From positions 992,001-1,056,000 of the forward strand of contig OZ223209.1 of the NCBI GenBank assembly GCA_965140415.1: a stretch of 64,000 nucleotides of DNA, read 5' to 3'. A program made the translations under genes and the position numbers. Positions within the stretch are counted from its first letter, which is position 1. Each line of letters starts with the position of its first letter. Below are positions 28,504-38,200 of the stretch, one piece after another. Under the pieces are notes generated by a model that was not told the origin of the DNA, made no database searches, and worked only from the letters and a program-made list of their open reading frames with translations. Source of the stretch: Myxococcota bacterium (GTDB taxonomy: Bacteria; Myxococcota_A; SURF-8).

Positions 28504-29625
28504 TCAATTTAGGTCCCGGGAACATCGGAACCCGCTGCCGTTGAGCGTCATGACGGGATCGTAATAGTACCGGAGCGAAGCGCGCAGATTGTTGAAGTCG
28601 AAGCAGTCGCCGCCGCGAAGCACCCGGTAAGAGCAGTCGCCGCCTTCCCATACATCTCCCGTACCCGGATGGCCATTATAATCGCTGTGATAACAATCCT
28701 CCACCCATTCCCATACGTTGCCACTCATGTCGTACAAGCCGAAGGCGTTGGCATCATGCCCGCCAACCGGACAGGACTCCGCCTGATACCAGCATGCGAT
28801 GTCGTCCAGGCTGCTTGAGGTGTCACCGCAAAGCCAGGTCGTTGTGGTTCCCGCCCGCGCCGCGTACTCCCACTCCGCTTCACTCGGCAGGCGGCCGCCC
28901 ACCGCCTCGCAGAAAGCCTTGGCGTCGTACCAATCCACCTGCTCCACCGGACAGGTGGAACAATCACCATTGTAGCTCGGATTGCTCCCGGTAACCGCCT
29001 CGTACTGCGCCTGCGTGATCTCCGTCGCCGTCATTTCGAAGGCGTCCACCGTCACCGAGTGGCGGGGGCTTTCGTTCGAATTGCAATTCGTGTCCTGCGG
29101 GACGCAGCCCTGCTGATAGTTTCCAGAGGGAATTGAGATCCAGGTCAAACCAAATTCGACCACATCTTCATCTCCATCTGCTGGAACATCTCCGTCAACG
29201 GGTTCGTCACCATCCACCGGGGCATCGCCATCTACAGCATCCCCATCGCTAGGCAGGTCGCCGTCTATTGTATCCATGTCCCCATCAGGTGGGTTATCGG
29301 TATCCCCATCAGTAGTGTCCTTGTCCCCATCCGGTGGGTTATCGGTATCCCCATCAGTAGTGTCCTTGTCCCCATCCGGTGGGTTATCGATATCGCCATC
29401 CGTGGGCAGATCGCCATCCACGGTATCCTGGTCCCCATCCGTTGGGTTATCGGCATCACCGTCCGGTGTGTTTGGGTTCACGCAGTTTCCATCTAGACAA
29501 ATCAATCCATCTACGCACAACCCACCAGTCGTGCAGGGTTGCCCCAGGTGACCTTTGTCAGGCAGGAAGGAGTCACAAGATACCAGGAAAGCGGCTAGAG
29601 CAAATAGAATGGTAAATTTTGTCAT
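28504..29625 (-). CDS. Lipoprotein with DGD-repeat linker and FGE-sulfatase (SUMF1/C-type-lectin-fold) domain
   Basis: Lipobox LVSC; RLPSEAEWEYAARAG, NAFGLYDMSGNVWEW, GFRC. Confidence 0.9.
   Translation of the reverse strand: MTKFTILFALAAFLVSCDSFLPDKGHLGQPCTTGGLCVDGLICLDGNCVNPNTPDGDADNPTDGDQDTVDGDLPTDGDIDNPPDGDKDTTDGDTDNPPDGDKDTTDGDTDNPPDGDMDTIDGDLPSDGDAVDGDAPVDGDEPVDGDVPADGDEDVVEFGLTWISIPSGNYQQGCVPQDTNCNSNESPRHSVTVDAFEMTATEITQAQYEAVTGSNPSYNGDCSTCPVEQVDWYDAKAFCEAVGGRLPSEAEWEYAARAGTTTTWLCGDTSSSLDDIACWYQAESCPVGGHDANAFGLYDMSGNVWEWVEDCYHSDYNGHPGTGDVWEGGDCSYRVLRGGDCFDFNNLRASLRYYYDPVMTLNGSGFRCSRDLN
29277..29400 (-). repeat. 45-bp coding tandem repeat (PPDGDKDTTDGDTDN), ~2.7 copies
   Basis: Near-identical DNA units CCCCATCCGGTGGGTTATCGGTATCCCCATCAGTAGTGTCCTTGT. 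Confidence 0.85.
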
Positions 29626-29626
29626 C

Positions 29627-30727
29627 TTACCACCTCCCACTCAGCGTAATCACGCCACCTGAACCATCCGCCGTGGTACCCACCGAAACATGGTGCTCCT
29701 TCCACCAAGCCTCATCACCAGGCGAAAGCACCCATAGAACAATACCTGTAATCATCAACGCTCCGCCAACAGCGATGCCCGCATAACCCATTGCCGCCAT
29801 GTTTTTGGATTGATCCTCCGAGCCATTGATGGACCCGGAAGTCTGACTGTCGTATTCATTTGCATAGTGGGCAGCCAAGCCAAAACCAGCGCCACCTAAA
29901 ATCGCAGCCACACCGACACCCGTGAAGAACGTGACATAGCCGTACTTCTTGTATGGATTCATCGGATAATCCCGCTCCAAGGTCAGGTTCAAGCGGGTTG
30001 TCTCTTCCGACTTCACCCTTACGGATTCCTTGGCCGTCTTGTAGCCGTCGAGCTTTAATGTAAGCTTGTACTCGCCGACATCCACCTTTTGCTTAAAGGG
30101 CGTCTCTCCCATTTGATCGCCATCGAGAAACAAACCGGCTCCGGAAGGCTCGGAATGCACGTATAGCCGCCCCGGCTCCGGCGGAGGCGAGGGTTTGGGC
30201 TTCGGTTCGCTTCCCCTCTCTCCGTGGGAGAGGGGGCCGGGGGGTGAGGTCCCGAACAGTTCCGCCACCGCCTGCGGCAGGCTTTCTATCAGGGCGTTGA
30301 TATCGCCCTTGATGTTGCGGCTGCTGCGCCCGATCACTTCCGCCGTGCGCACATTGATGCGCCGCAGGTTCAGCATCCAGTAATCGCCGAGCTTGCCGAT
30401 GTCGCCCGAAACAGCCTCCGGTACGCCCAAGGCCGCGCCGATCTCCGCCACGCAGGAGGTATCTTCCGCACCGCACTGCTGCCGGGTTTCTTCGCCTTTC
30501 AGGATTGTAGTAATGTCGGCTTCGGAAATGACCTTTGCCCCGGAATACTTCGCCACCTGGTTGGCCACGAAGTTGGAGATCAGGTTCACATCCGCCTGTT
30601 TGACGTTTTCATTCCCCTGAAGCTTCCACACCACGATGCCGGGTGGCTCGTCTGCCAGTGATACAGCCGGAAAACTTGCGAAGAGAATCACCAAGAAAAT
30701 CAATAGCGGATTCATCCATTGCTTCAT
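29627..30727 (-). CDS. PEGA-domain exported protein with C-terminal hydrophobic helices
   Basis: Signal; SCVAEIGAALG domain; VHSEPSGAGLFLDG..GETP PEGA motif; abuts the FGE gene. Confidence 0.85.
   Translation of the reverse strand: MKQWMNPLLIFLVILFASFPAVSLADEPPGIVVWKLQGNENVKQADVNLISNFVANQVAKYSGAKVISEADITTILKGEETRQQCGAEDTSCVAEIGAALGVPEAVSGDIGKLGDYWMLNLRRINVRTAEVIGRSSRNIKGDINALIESLPQAVAELFGTSPPGPLSHGERGSEPKPKPSPPPEPGRLYVHSEPSGAGLFLDGDQMGETPFKQKVDVGEYKLTLKLDGYKTAKESVRVKSEETTRLNLTLERDYPMNPYKKYGYVTFFTGVGVAAILGGAGFGLAAHYANEYDSQTSGSINGSEDQSKNMAAMGYAGIAVGGALMITGIVLWVLSPGDEAWWKEHHVSVGTTADGSGGVITLSGRW
30211..30250 (-). repeat. REP-like palindromic element inserted in frame in the PEGA gene linker
   Basis: CCTCACCCCCCGGCCCCCTCTCCCACGGAGAGAGGGG, encoding SPPGPLSHGERG. 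Confidence 0.6.
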
Positions 30728-30924
30728 CTGTGCCACCCATGCAACCATGTAAATTGCGAGAAAGGTTTTGTGCCGAGATGCGGCAACTATATCATAATTC
30801 AAGTGGTTTTCAAGAATTTCACGGAAGATTGTCGCACCCAGAGATTAACGGTATTTCGATTGTCGTTGACCGTTTTGTGCGCTTGCGATATTCTAACAGA
30901 ATATTGGTTTCATAAGGAATTCCC

Positions 30925-33276
30925 GTGAAAGCTCGACTTTACATATGGTTACTGCTTCTAGTATTTGGATGTTGCGGCCTGGCCTGCGAATCTTCCGCCG
31001 AATTTCCCGATGGTGACATCGAACAGGAAGCGACTGGCGGTGACCCGGATACGGAGTTGGACGATCTCCCACCCGGCGATCTGGATGTGGAAGCATTCGA
31101 AGAAATGGCTGACACCGAAGCAGATGCGGAAACGACGGATGGCGATGTGGAACTGGAAGCCGAGAGCGAAATGGAAGCGGATGCCATCGATGTTGTAGAA
31201 GTCGATCTCGTCGAACCCTGGCCGGAGCGCATCGGCTACGACGAATTGCAATACGAGGGCGGCTATCAGGCCCAGAACATTCCCGATCCGGGCGAGTTGG
31301 TCTCCGTGATCCGGGTTCAGGGTGATCTTCCGGTATATACCTTGAGCTTACGCGCGATCATTCTGCACGGTTTTCTGCCGGATCTGCGCATCGAGTTGCA
31401 GTCACCTTCCGGGCGACGAGTGCTGTTGCGCGAAGCGGGTCTGGCGATCAGTGGAACCCAGTTGGATGAAAGCTGGGATCTGGACGCCTTCATGGGCGAC
31501 CGCACCGAGGGCGACTGGAGCCTGATCATTACCGATCTGTACGCCGGGGACCATGGCACTCTGATGTTCTGGGAACTGCAATTCCAGTCGGGACCGAACT
31601 GGCAACCGGAAGACGGCGACATGGAAGATGTAGTCGAAGGCGATCTGGACGAGGAGTCGGAAATCGAGTTGGATGGTGATCTGGAAGCGGACGTACAAGC
31701 TACGGACTTCCCCTATCCCATTCCCGACAATGATCCGGCGGGTTTGAGCGCGGTTATTTCCATTGCCGGTCAGGGAGCGGCAACGGTGGTCTGTGCCGCA
31801 GTGGATATTACGCACGAATACGGCGCGGATCTGCTGATCGAACTGGTCAGTCCATCCGGCACTGTGGCGACTTTAAAAGATGTTGGTGCACCGAAGAATG
31901 CCATCGATGGGCGCGAAACGTATTTCTCCCAGGACTTCGTGGGCGAAGAGCGTAGCGGCAACTGGACCTTGTGGGTGCGCGATCTGTACGAGCAGGACAT
32001 GGGCCAGCTAAACAGTTGGACGATCAGTGCCACCTGCGGCACGCCCGATCCGGTGGATGGCGATGACGACGGCAGCACGGCAGTCACGGGTGGAACTTGT
32101 GCGCAGCCAACCGGCCTGCGCGGCTTACCTTACCGTGTGGATTCCAACAATTTGAATGTCGAGGCGTTGATCACGCCGCCTGCTTCCTGTACGGGTTGGA
32201 CGATGGCTGGACCGGAGCGTGTGTGGGCACTGAATATGATTGCAGAGCAGACGATCACCATCGATGTGGATCCCACCAATTTCGATGCGGGAATTTACGT
32301 GCTGCAACCTTGCGATGCCAGCGGGATGTGCTGGGGTAAAGATGAGGGAGAAACCGGTGAACCGGAGCGCCTTGTTTTTACGGCCCCTGAGAACGGCAAG
32401 TATTATTTCGTGGTGGACAGTGCCTCCCAAGAACAGGTGGGACGCTTCAATTTGTGGATTCGCGAAGGCGATTTGTCTACACCTGCCAGTTACATCACGG
32501 ATGAGCATATGCCTCGCGTTATCCCGGACAATCACCCGCGCGGTGCGACCAGTCGTATCGACGTAACGGAATCGATTGAAGTGGAAAACGTGGCAGTGCG
32601 AGTGGATGTCACACACCCGGTGCCGACCGATCTGGAGATAAGCTTCAGTTCGCCGGCAGGAACCACGGTAGTACTGCACAATCATGAGAGCGCGACGGGC
32701 GGTATTCATCGCGATTGGACGCTCAACCAGTTTGAAGGTGAACTGTCTACCGGCGAGTGGAGCCTGCGCCTGCTGGATACGTTGGCGGGTGGTGTAGGTA
32801 GCCTGGATAACTGGCGCATCGCCTTCGTATCGCAGTCTGCTATTGCAGATGGTGATTTGGATATCGATCCCGATCCCGAGCCGGAAATCGATATCGACCC
32901 GGATACCAGCACCAATTGCCCCGTGGATATTTTTGGAAACAACAACTGGGATCACGATCACGCCGCGTTACTTACGCTGCCGGTTTCTTACACGAATTTA
33001 ACGACCTGCTACAACAGCCAGGACTGGTACAAGTTCAACGTCACTTCCGGGCAGCGCATCAGCGCCAACGTGCATTTCGACGATGACTTGGGGGATATCG
33101 ATCTGTACCTGTACCGGGAAGGCAGCTTCAGCACGGCTCTGGAAAGCTCCTCCGGAGTCTCCGACAACGAGTCGATCGGATACACGGTACAGCAGACGGA
33201 TGTCTATTACCTTTGGGTCAAGCTTTACACCACCAATGGCCAGAATAGCTATAGTATGAATATCTCCTTGAATTAA
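30925..33276 (+). CDS. Lipoprotein with three proprotein-convertase P domains and two PPC-like domains, no catalytic domain
   Basis: Three IPD..H...DL.I.L.SP.G...G.W.L...D...G.L..W units; DIDLYLY..NESI PPC; lipobox GLAC. Confidence 0.8.
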   Translation: MKARLYIWLLLLVFGCCGLACESSAEFPDGDIEQEATGGDPDTELDDLPPGDLDVEAFEEMADTEADAETTDGDVELEAESEMEADAIDVVEVDLVEPWPERIGYDELQYEGGYQAQNIPDPGELVSVIRVQGDLPVYTLSLRAIILHGFLPDLRIELQSPSGRRVLLREAGLAISGTQLDESWDLDAFMGDRTEGDWSLIITDLYAGDHGTLMFWELQFQSGPNWQPEDGDMEDVVEGDLDEESEIELDGDLEADVQATDFPYPIPDNDPAGLSAVISIAGQGAATVVCAAVDITHEYGADLLIELVSPSGTVATLKDVGAPKNAIDGRETYFSQDFVGEERSGNWTLWVRDLYEQDMGQLNSWTISATCGTPDPVDGDDDGSTAVTGGTCAQPTGLRGLPYRVDSNNLNVEALITPPASCTGWTMAGPERVWALNMIAEQTITIDVDPTNFDAGIYVLQPCDASGMCWGKDEGETGEPERLVFTAPENGKYYFVVDSASQEQVGRFNLWIREGDLSTPASYITDEHMPRVIPDNHPRGATSRIDVTESIEVENVAVRVDVTHPVPTDLEISFSSPAGTTVVLHNHESATGGIHRDWTLNQFEGELSTGEWSLRLLDTLAGGVGSLDNWRIAFVSQSAIADGDLDIDPDPEPEIDIDPDTSTNCPVDIFGNNNWDHDHAALLTLPVSYTNLTTCYNSQDWYKFNVTSGQRISANVHFDDDLGDIDLYLYREGSFSTALESSSGVSDNESIGYTVQQTDVYYLWVKLYTTNGQNSYSMNISLN

Positions 33277-33411
33277 CTCGTCTATTCTCGTAAATACTTT
33301 TTTTGCCCCATCCCTGAAAAATCCCTTTTCTCAGCGTAAGTTTCTTGTGGTATAATTCCTGAGATGTGTAAGAGCACCTGCGGAAGTTCCTGTATACAAG
33401 AGGAGGGATGG

Positions 33412-35028
33412 ATGAAACGGAATTTTGGATTGATTGCAACCATTGTTGCCATTCTGCTTGTTTTCTCATTTGCGGCAGTGGGATGCGGCAGCGATGACGA
33501 CCCCGTCGACGGTGACACGCCGACCGACGGAGACAATAATCCGGATGGAGATCAAAGCACGGATGGCGATCAGCCGGTTGATGGAGACAGTGACGGCGAT
33601 CAGACGGTGGATGGCGATGCCGATGGTGACCTGGTAGTCGATGGGGATGACGAACAGGAGGTCGTAACCTATCCGATGGGCAGCATTGCCGGAACGGTCA
33701 AAACCAGCGCCGATCTGGCGGCTTTCTCCGGAGAACTACGGCTGTACAACGAAAGCCCCTATGAAACGCATGGCGTGGAACCGATTTCAACCCAGGCGGT
33801 GGCTTTCGATACCGGAAGCACTGAAAAGGAATACAGCTTTACCGATTTGACGGATGGTCAGTACTATTTAATGTTCGTAGTCGATGTGGACGACGATCAG
33901 GAGGCCGCCAACGATTTCATGGCGGTGCATCCAGACCAGGTGAATATCGTGCGCGCCGACAGCGAACAGCGCGATATCACCGGGATCGACATTTATGCCA
34001 ACGTGCAAAACCAGGATTGGGGTTCTGTGGATGGCACTTTGTATCTTACGGCGGAATACGAAGATCGTCCGGTAACCATCGTGGCCGCACAGCAAAAGCC
34101 CGGCGGCGAGTTGGAATTCTGGCCCAGCGCCATTTTCCTGACCGCGCCTGCAACGACACGTCAGCAGGAGCGCAGTTTCTCCCTGATGAACTTGACCGAC
34201 GGCACCTATTTCGTAGTCGCCTTCATCACGTTGGAAGACGATCAGGGGTGGAAAGTCTTCGTGTCGCCTTATCGCTATGAAATTCTGGCCTCGGATTCGA
34301 CCAAGAAAACCTACACCGATCAGCCTTTCTATCCGGGTCAGCAGCATCCCGAATTGGGTTCGATTTCCGGTTTCTTGACGTTGGGCGGAGCCATCGATGG
34401 CGGCTTGACGGGTGTGTATCTCTTCAGCGATCCGGCGAAACCTCTGGAGTCGGCGGTAAGCTGGACCTTCATCGAAAAGAATGATACCGATACCCAGTAC
34501 GCCTATACGGTCAAGAATCTTCACGCACAGACCGGAATTTACATTGCCGGTTTCTATCAGCAACAGGAAAGCTGGCCGTACTCGCTGGCGATCTGGCCGG
34601 ATGAAATTGAAATCGATTTCAACGATCCTTATAAGAAAGACTGGACCGGCGTCAATTTCGATCTGGCCATCACGGCGGTTTCGGGAACCTTGAATTTACC
34701 CAGCACCGGTGCACCGACCGGTTTTAGCACTGTAGCTCGCTTGATTCTGTATTCCATCGCCGATAACGAATATGCCGCCGGAACCGATTTGTTCCTGGGC
34801 AATCCCGAAGACGGGCAGTGGACGGCGGATTTCCTGCTTTACCCGGTGCCTAACGGTGACTGGACGCCCATTCTGATTCCGGACATGAATGGCGACAACG
34901 TGATTGATGGCAACGACGACTGGTGCTATGAGCCAAACGACACCATCACAATCGATGGTACACAGGCCAGCCAGATTCTAAGCTCGCCCATCTTCTTCTA
35001 CTGGAACAAGTGCGTGGACTCGCTGTAA
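33412..35028 (+). CDS. Lipoprotein with DGD linker and four repeated beta-sandwich (DUF2141/Cna-B-like) domains
   Basis: Lipobox AVGC; repeated GSIxGT...Y.F..L.DG.Y units; DxNGDxxxD loop. Confidence 0.7.
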   Translation: MKRNFGLIATIVAILLVFSFAAVGCGSDDDPVDGDTPTDGDNNPDGDQSTDGDQPVDGDSDGDQTVDGDADGDLVVDGDDEQEVVTYPMGSIAGTVKTSADLAAFSGELRLYNESPYETHGVEPISTQAVAFDTGSTEKEYSFTDLTDGQYYLMFVVDVDDDQEAANDFMAVHPDQVNIVRADSEQRDITGIDIYANVQNQDWGSVDGTLYLTAEYEDRPVTIVAAQQKPGGELEFWPSAIFLTAPATTRQQERSFSLMNLTDGTYFVVAFITLEDDQGWKVFVSPYRYEILASDSTKKTYTDQPFYPGQQHPELGSISGFLTLGGAIDGGLTGVYLFSDPAKPLESAVSWTFIEKNDTDTQYAYTVKNLHAQTGIYIAGFYQQQESWPYSLAIWPDEIEIDFNDPYKKDWTGVNFDLAITAVSGTLNLPSTGAPTGFSTVARLILYSIADNEYAAGTDLFLGNPEDGQWTADFLLYPVPNGDWTPILIPDMNGDNVIDGNDDWCYEPNDTITIDGTQASQILSSPIFFYWNKCVDSL

Positions 35029-35054
35029 GTTCAACAGCGTCCGATTCGAATAGC

Positions 35055-35087
35055 AAAGCCCCCGTCGGTTATCGGCGGGGGCTTTTT
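35055..35087 (+). terminator. Rho-independent terminator
   Basis: AAAGCCCCCGTCGG-TTA-TCGGCGGGGGCTTTTT after the stop at 35028. Confidence 0.85.
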
Positions 35088-35151
35088 CGTGCAGGTTGTT
35101 TTATATCCATCCGCAGGTCTGGATCAGTGGCCCCGACACCAATCTGTAGCT

Positions 35152-35200
35152 AAAACCAGGACGACTCCCAAAACGTGGTTGTCTTGGGAGTCGTCCTTTT
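35152..35200. terminator. Hairpin terminator between convergent genes
   Basis: AGGACGACTCCCAA / TTGGGAGTCGTCCT perfect 14-bp stem followed by TTTT. Confidence 0.7.
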
Positions 35201-35286
35201 ATATTTAACCCGCAACCTCAAGCCTGCGACGGATTCCGGTTTTCAAAAGTTGCGTACAACTTTTCGCAAGCTAGCGATGCTCCATG

Positions 35287-38200
35287 CTACATCACTTCAT
35301 TTACCGTAATCACCTGACTTTGCTGTTCGCTCTTGTTTTCCGGATTGTAATACGGATACACACAGGCTTCTCCGGAAGAAGCATCCATCGGCCAGCGGGC
35401 CAGCAATTCGTATCCAATCGTTACTTGTCCACCGGAAGCGATTTCATTGATGTAAAAGAGAATCTGGTGCGGTGTGGTTTCGTAACGGGTCAATACGCCG
35501 CCTTGACTGATGCGTTCGTCCAATGCGGTCGAAACCAGGTCGAATCCGGGGGGAAGGCCGACAGAAGCCAGCACCATGGCAACATTCGACTCGCTGACAT
35601 TGTCGATCGTCACCGTTACACCAAGCAGGTCGTTGACTTCCAAAGAGGTCCGATCGTAGGCGACATCGATGGTCAACGGTCCCTGCTCATCGGGAATCTC
35701 TTCTCCCGGTTCATACCAGCTCGCCGTTGCCTGGTACATCAAACGCCCGCTACCTCCAAAGTCGATATCGATCTGGTTGTCTCCCGGAACCACCTGCTCT
35801 CCCAGATCCACCAGGCGCATCAGATCGATGGTATCCGAGGTGACCACAAGCTCCGTTTCCGTGCCGCCATTTGCCGAAACCGTAATTACGGCATCCGCAC
35901 TTTCCAGTCGACTGCCCATCGAAGCGATCATCAGTCGTAATGCCAGCACGGTGCCTTGTGTGGTGGACCAGTTGCCGAACGAATCTTTCTGGCGAACCAG
36001 CCAATTGATAATTCCGTTTACCACATCCTGATTCAGACCATCTTCCAGCAGCATCAGTCCGATCAAGGCCGTGGTTTCCAGTACCGCATTCGGACCGGTG
36101 CTGTAGGTTTCCGTTGCGGCATCCTGCGTCCAGAAATAGCCGTCGCTTTCGTCTTGTTGCTTGGCGTTGACAATCGATGTGATCAGCGAACGCAGGGAAC
36201 CGTTCTGCTCGTATCCGGCAGATACCAGCGCCATGGCGACCATCGCCTGCGTGTAGGTATCTTCCGCTTCGTCGATATGACTCAGCAGGAAATTCGCCGC
36301 AGAAGAAACCGCAGAAGCTTGCAAACCGGAGCGAGACAGCGCCCAGGTGACATATGCTGTCGTGCGCAACACGGAGCCCTGATAGTTATTGATTGCGCCT
36401 TCCGAAATGCCGCCGGAGGATGGCGGAATGGAACCGTCGGATGACTGCTTCTGCGCCAGCCACGCTGCCGTTCGAGGAATCAAATTGGCATCGATCGCAT
36501 GGACCTTCGCCATATCGATGAATTCCATCAATCCGTAGCAGGTGAGCACGGTGTGAGCCGGTGTATTTCCAAACCACTCGAAGCCGCCGCCATCCACTTC
36601 GAAGGTCAGTAGGCGTTGATAGCCCTGGGAAATGTAATCCCTGGCTTTCAATTCGATTTCCGGCGTGAGTTGATCGGTTTCAACCAGATACTGAAGCACC
36701 AGGATATTCGGGTAGGTCGAGGAAGACGTCTGCTCGAAGCAGCCGCCCGGCATCCGAAGCATCGAATCCAGTCCTTCGACCGCCTGCGACAGCAAACCCG
36801 GGAAGATTTTGACGAACAGACTTTCCGAGTCTTCAATGGCGCGATCCGGGATGGTCAGTTGCAGCGAAAGCGATTCTTCCAGCCAGTCGCTTTGCGAGGC
36901 AGTGCGCTCTACGCCGTCCGGGCGAACGGTGACCTGGCGTTGTACGGCATCCTGCATTTCCGTTCCTTCCGCCCAGAGCGTCATGGACTGCTGCCCGATT
37001 TTCAGCACTCGAATCGGGAAATAGATACCCACGACCTGATTGGCGCCGACTTCAACGGATTTGCTCAGCCCGTCCAATGGTTCGAACCAGTCTTCCGCTT
37101 CCGCCATCAGTTGAATGGTCTGACTCTGCGGCAGATAGTTGTAAATCGCCAGCGGCAGATACACTTCATCGTTTTGCGTCAAGAAAGTCGGGAAATCGAT
37201 ATCGACGAAGAAGTCCTGGAATACGAGAATGCCATCGGTCATGCTGCCCAGTTGGCCGTCTGTGGTGTTGGCCAGCGCTGTGAGTCGCCAGGTGGTGATG
37301 GAATCCGGCATCGTTACGGACAGATCGACCGTTCCATCCGAAGCCGTGATCAGGTTCGGTTCCACCAATAAGGTTTCCGGGAACCAGGAGCGCAGATGTG
37401 TGCTTGCAGTGGTGCCATTGCCGGAATCGTAATCGCCGTCTGCGCAAGCATCACCATCCGTCACCCATGAATCGCCGTCTGCCGTGTTGTAATAGTCCTC
37501 GCAGAATTCATGCGTTACCTGGATGTCGTATTCCGTGCCAAACACTTCGTCCGGTCCGGCGCTTAACGCCTTGACCTGAACCGCCCATCCCCGGTTGTAA
37601 AAATCCCACTTGATCGGATTGCCCCAGGGATCACATGCGGAACAATCCGATAACGACTCCACCAAAGCATCGACATCCAGGTTCGACGGAGTGCAGGATT
37701 CACCTACCTGCTGAGCGATCAGTTTGCGTACCAGTCGCGATACGGTACTTGAACAGACATTATTGAAATTAATTCTAACCCTTTCAAAGCTATCCATATT
37801 CACGGCATAGGTCTGCGCGGTTCCGTTAGCCGCAAAATAGGCCTGCGCCCGCTGATCCAGATCGTCCTGCTCTTCCGGGTCTTCCGGTTCGCCGCCATAC
37901 AGATCGCTCGGACTGAAGCCGTGGATCTCGTAGGTTGGATTCATGATTTCCTGTTCGAGTTGAAAATAGGTGCGTTCCATTCCCGGCTGGTATTCCTGCA
38001 ACGCAAAGACCGCCTCGTCCACGATGGTGACACCCAGTCCCGCCTGGACCGGATCGCCGTTCAAATCTTCCACCTGCATCGTGATCTGCGCCTCTTCCCG
38101 TGGCCGGTATTGGCTTTGCGAAGTCGCCATGCTGACCGAGAGATCGGAAGCCTGGCGCACGTAAATCACACGGGAATCGCGGATAATCTGACCTTCCGGT

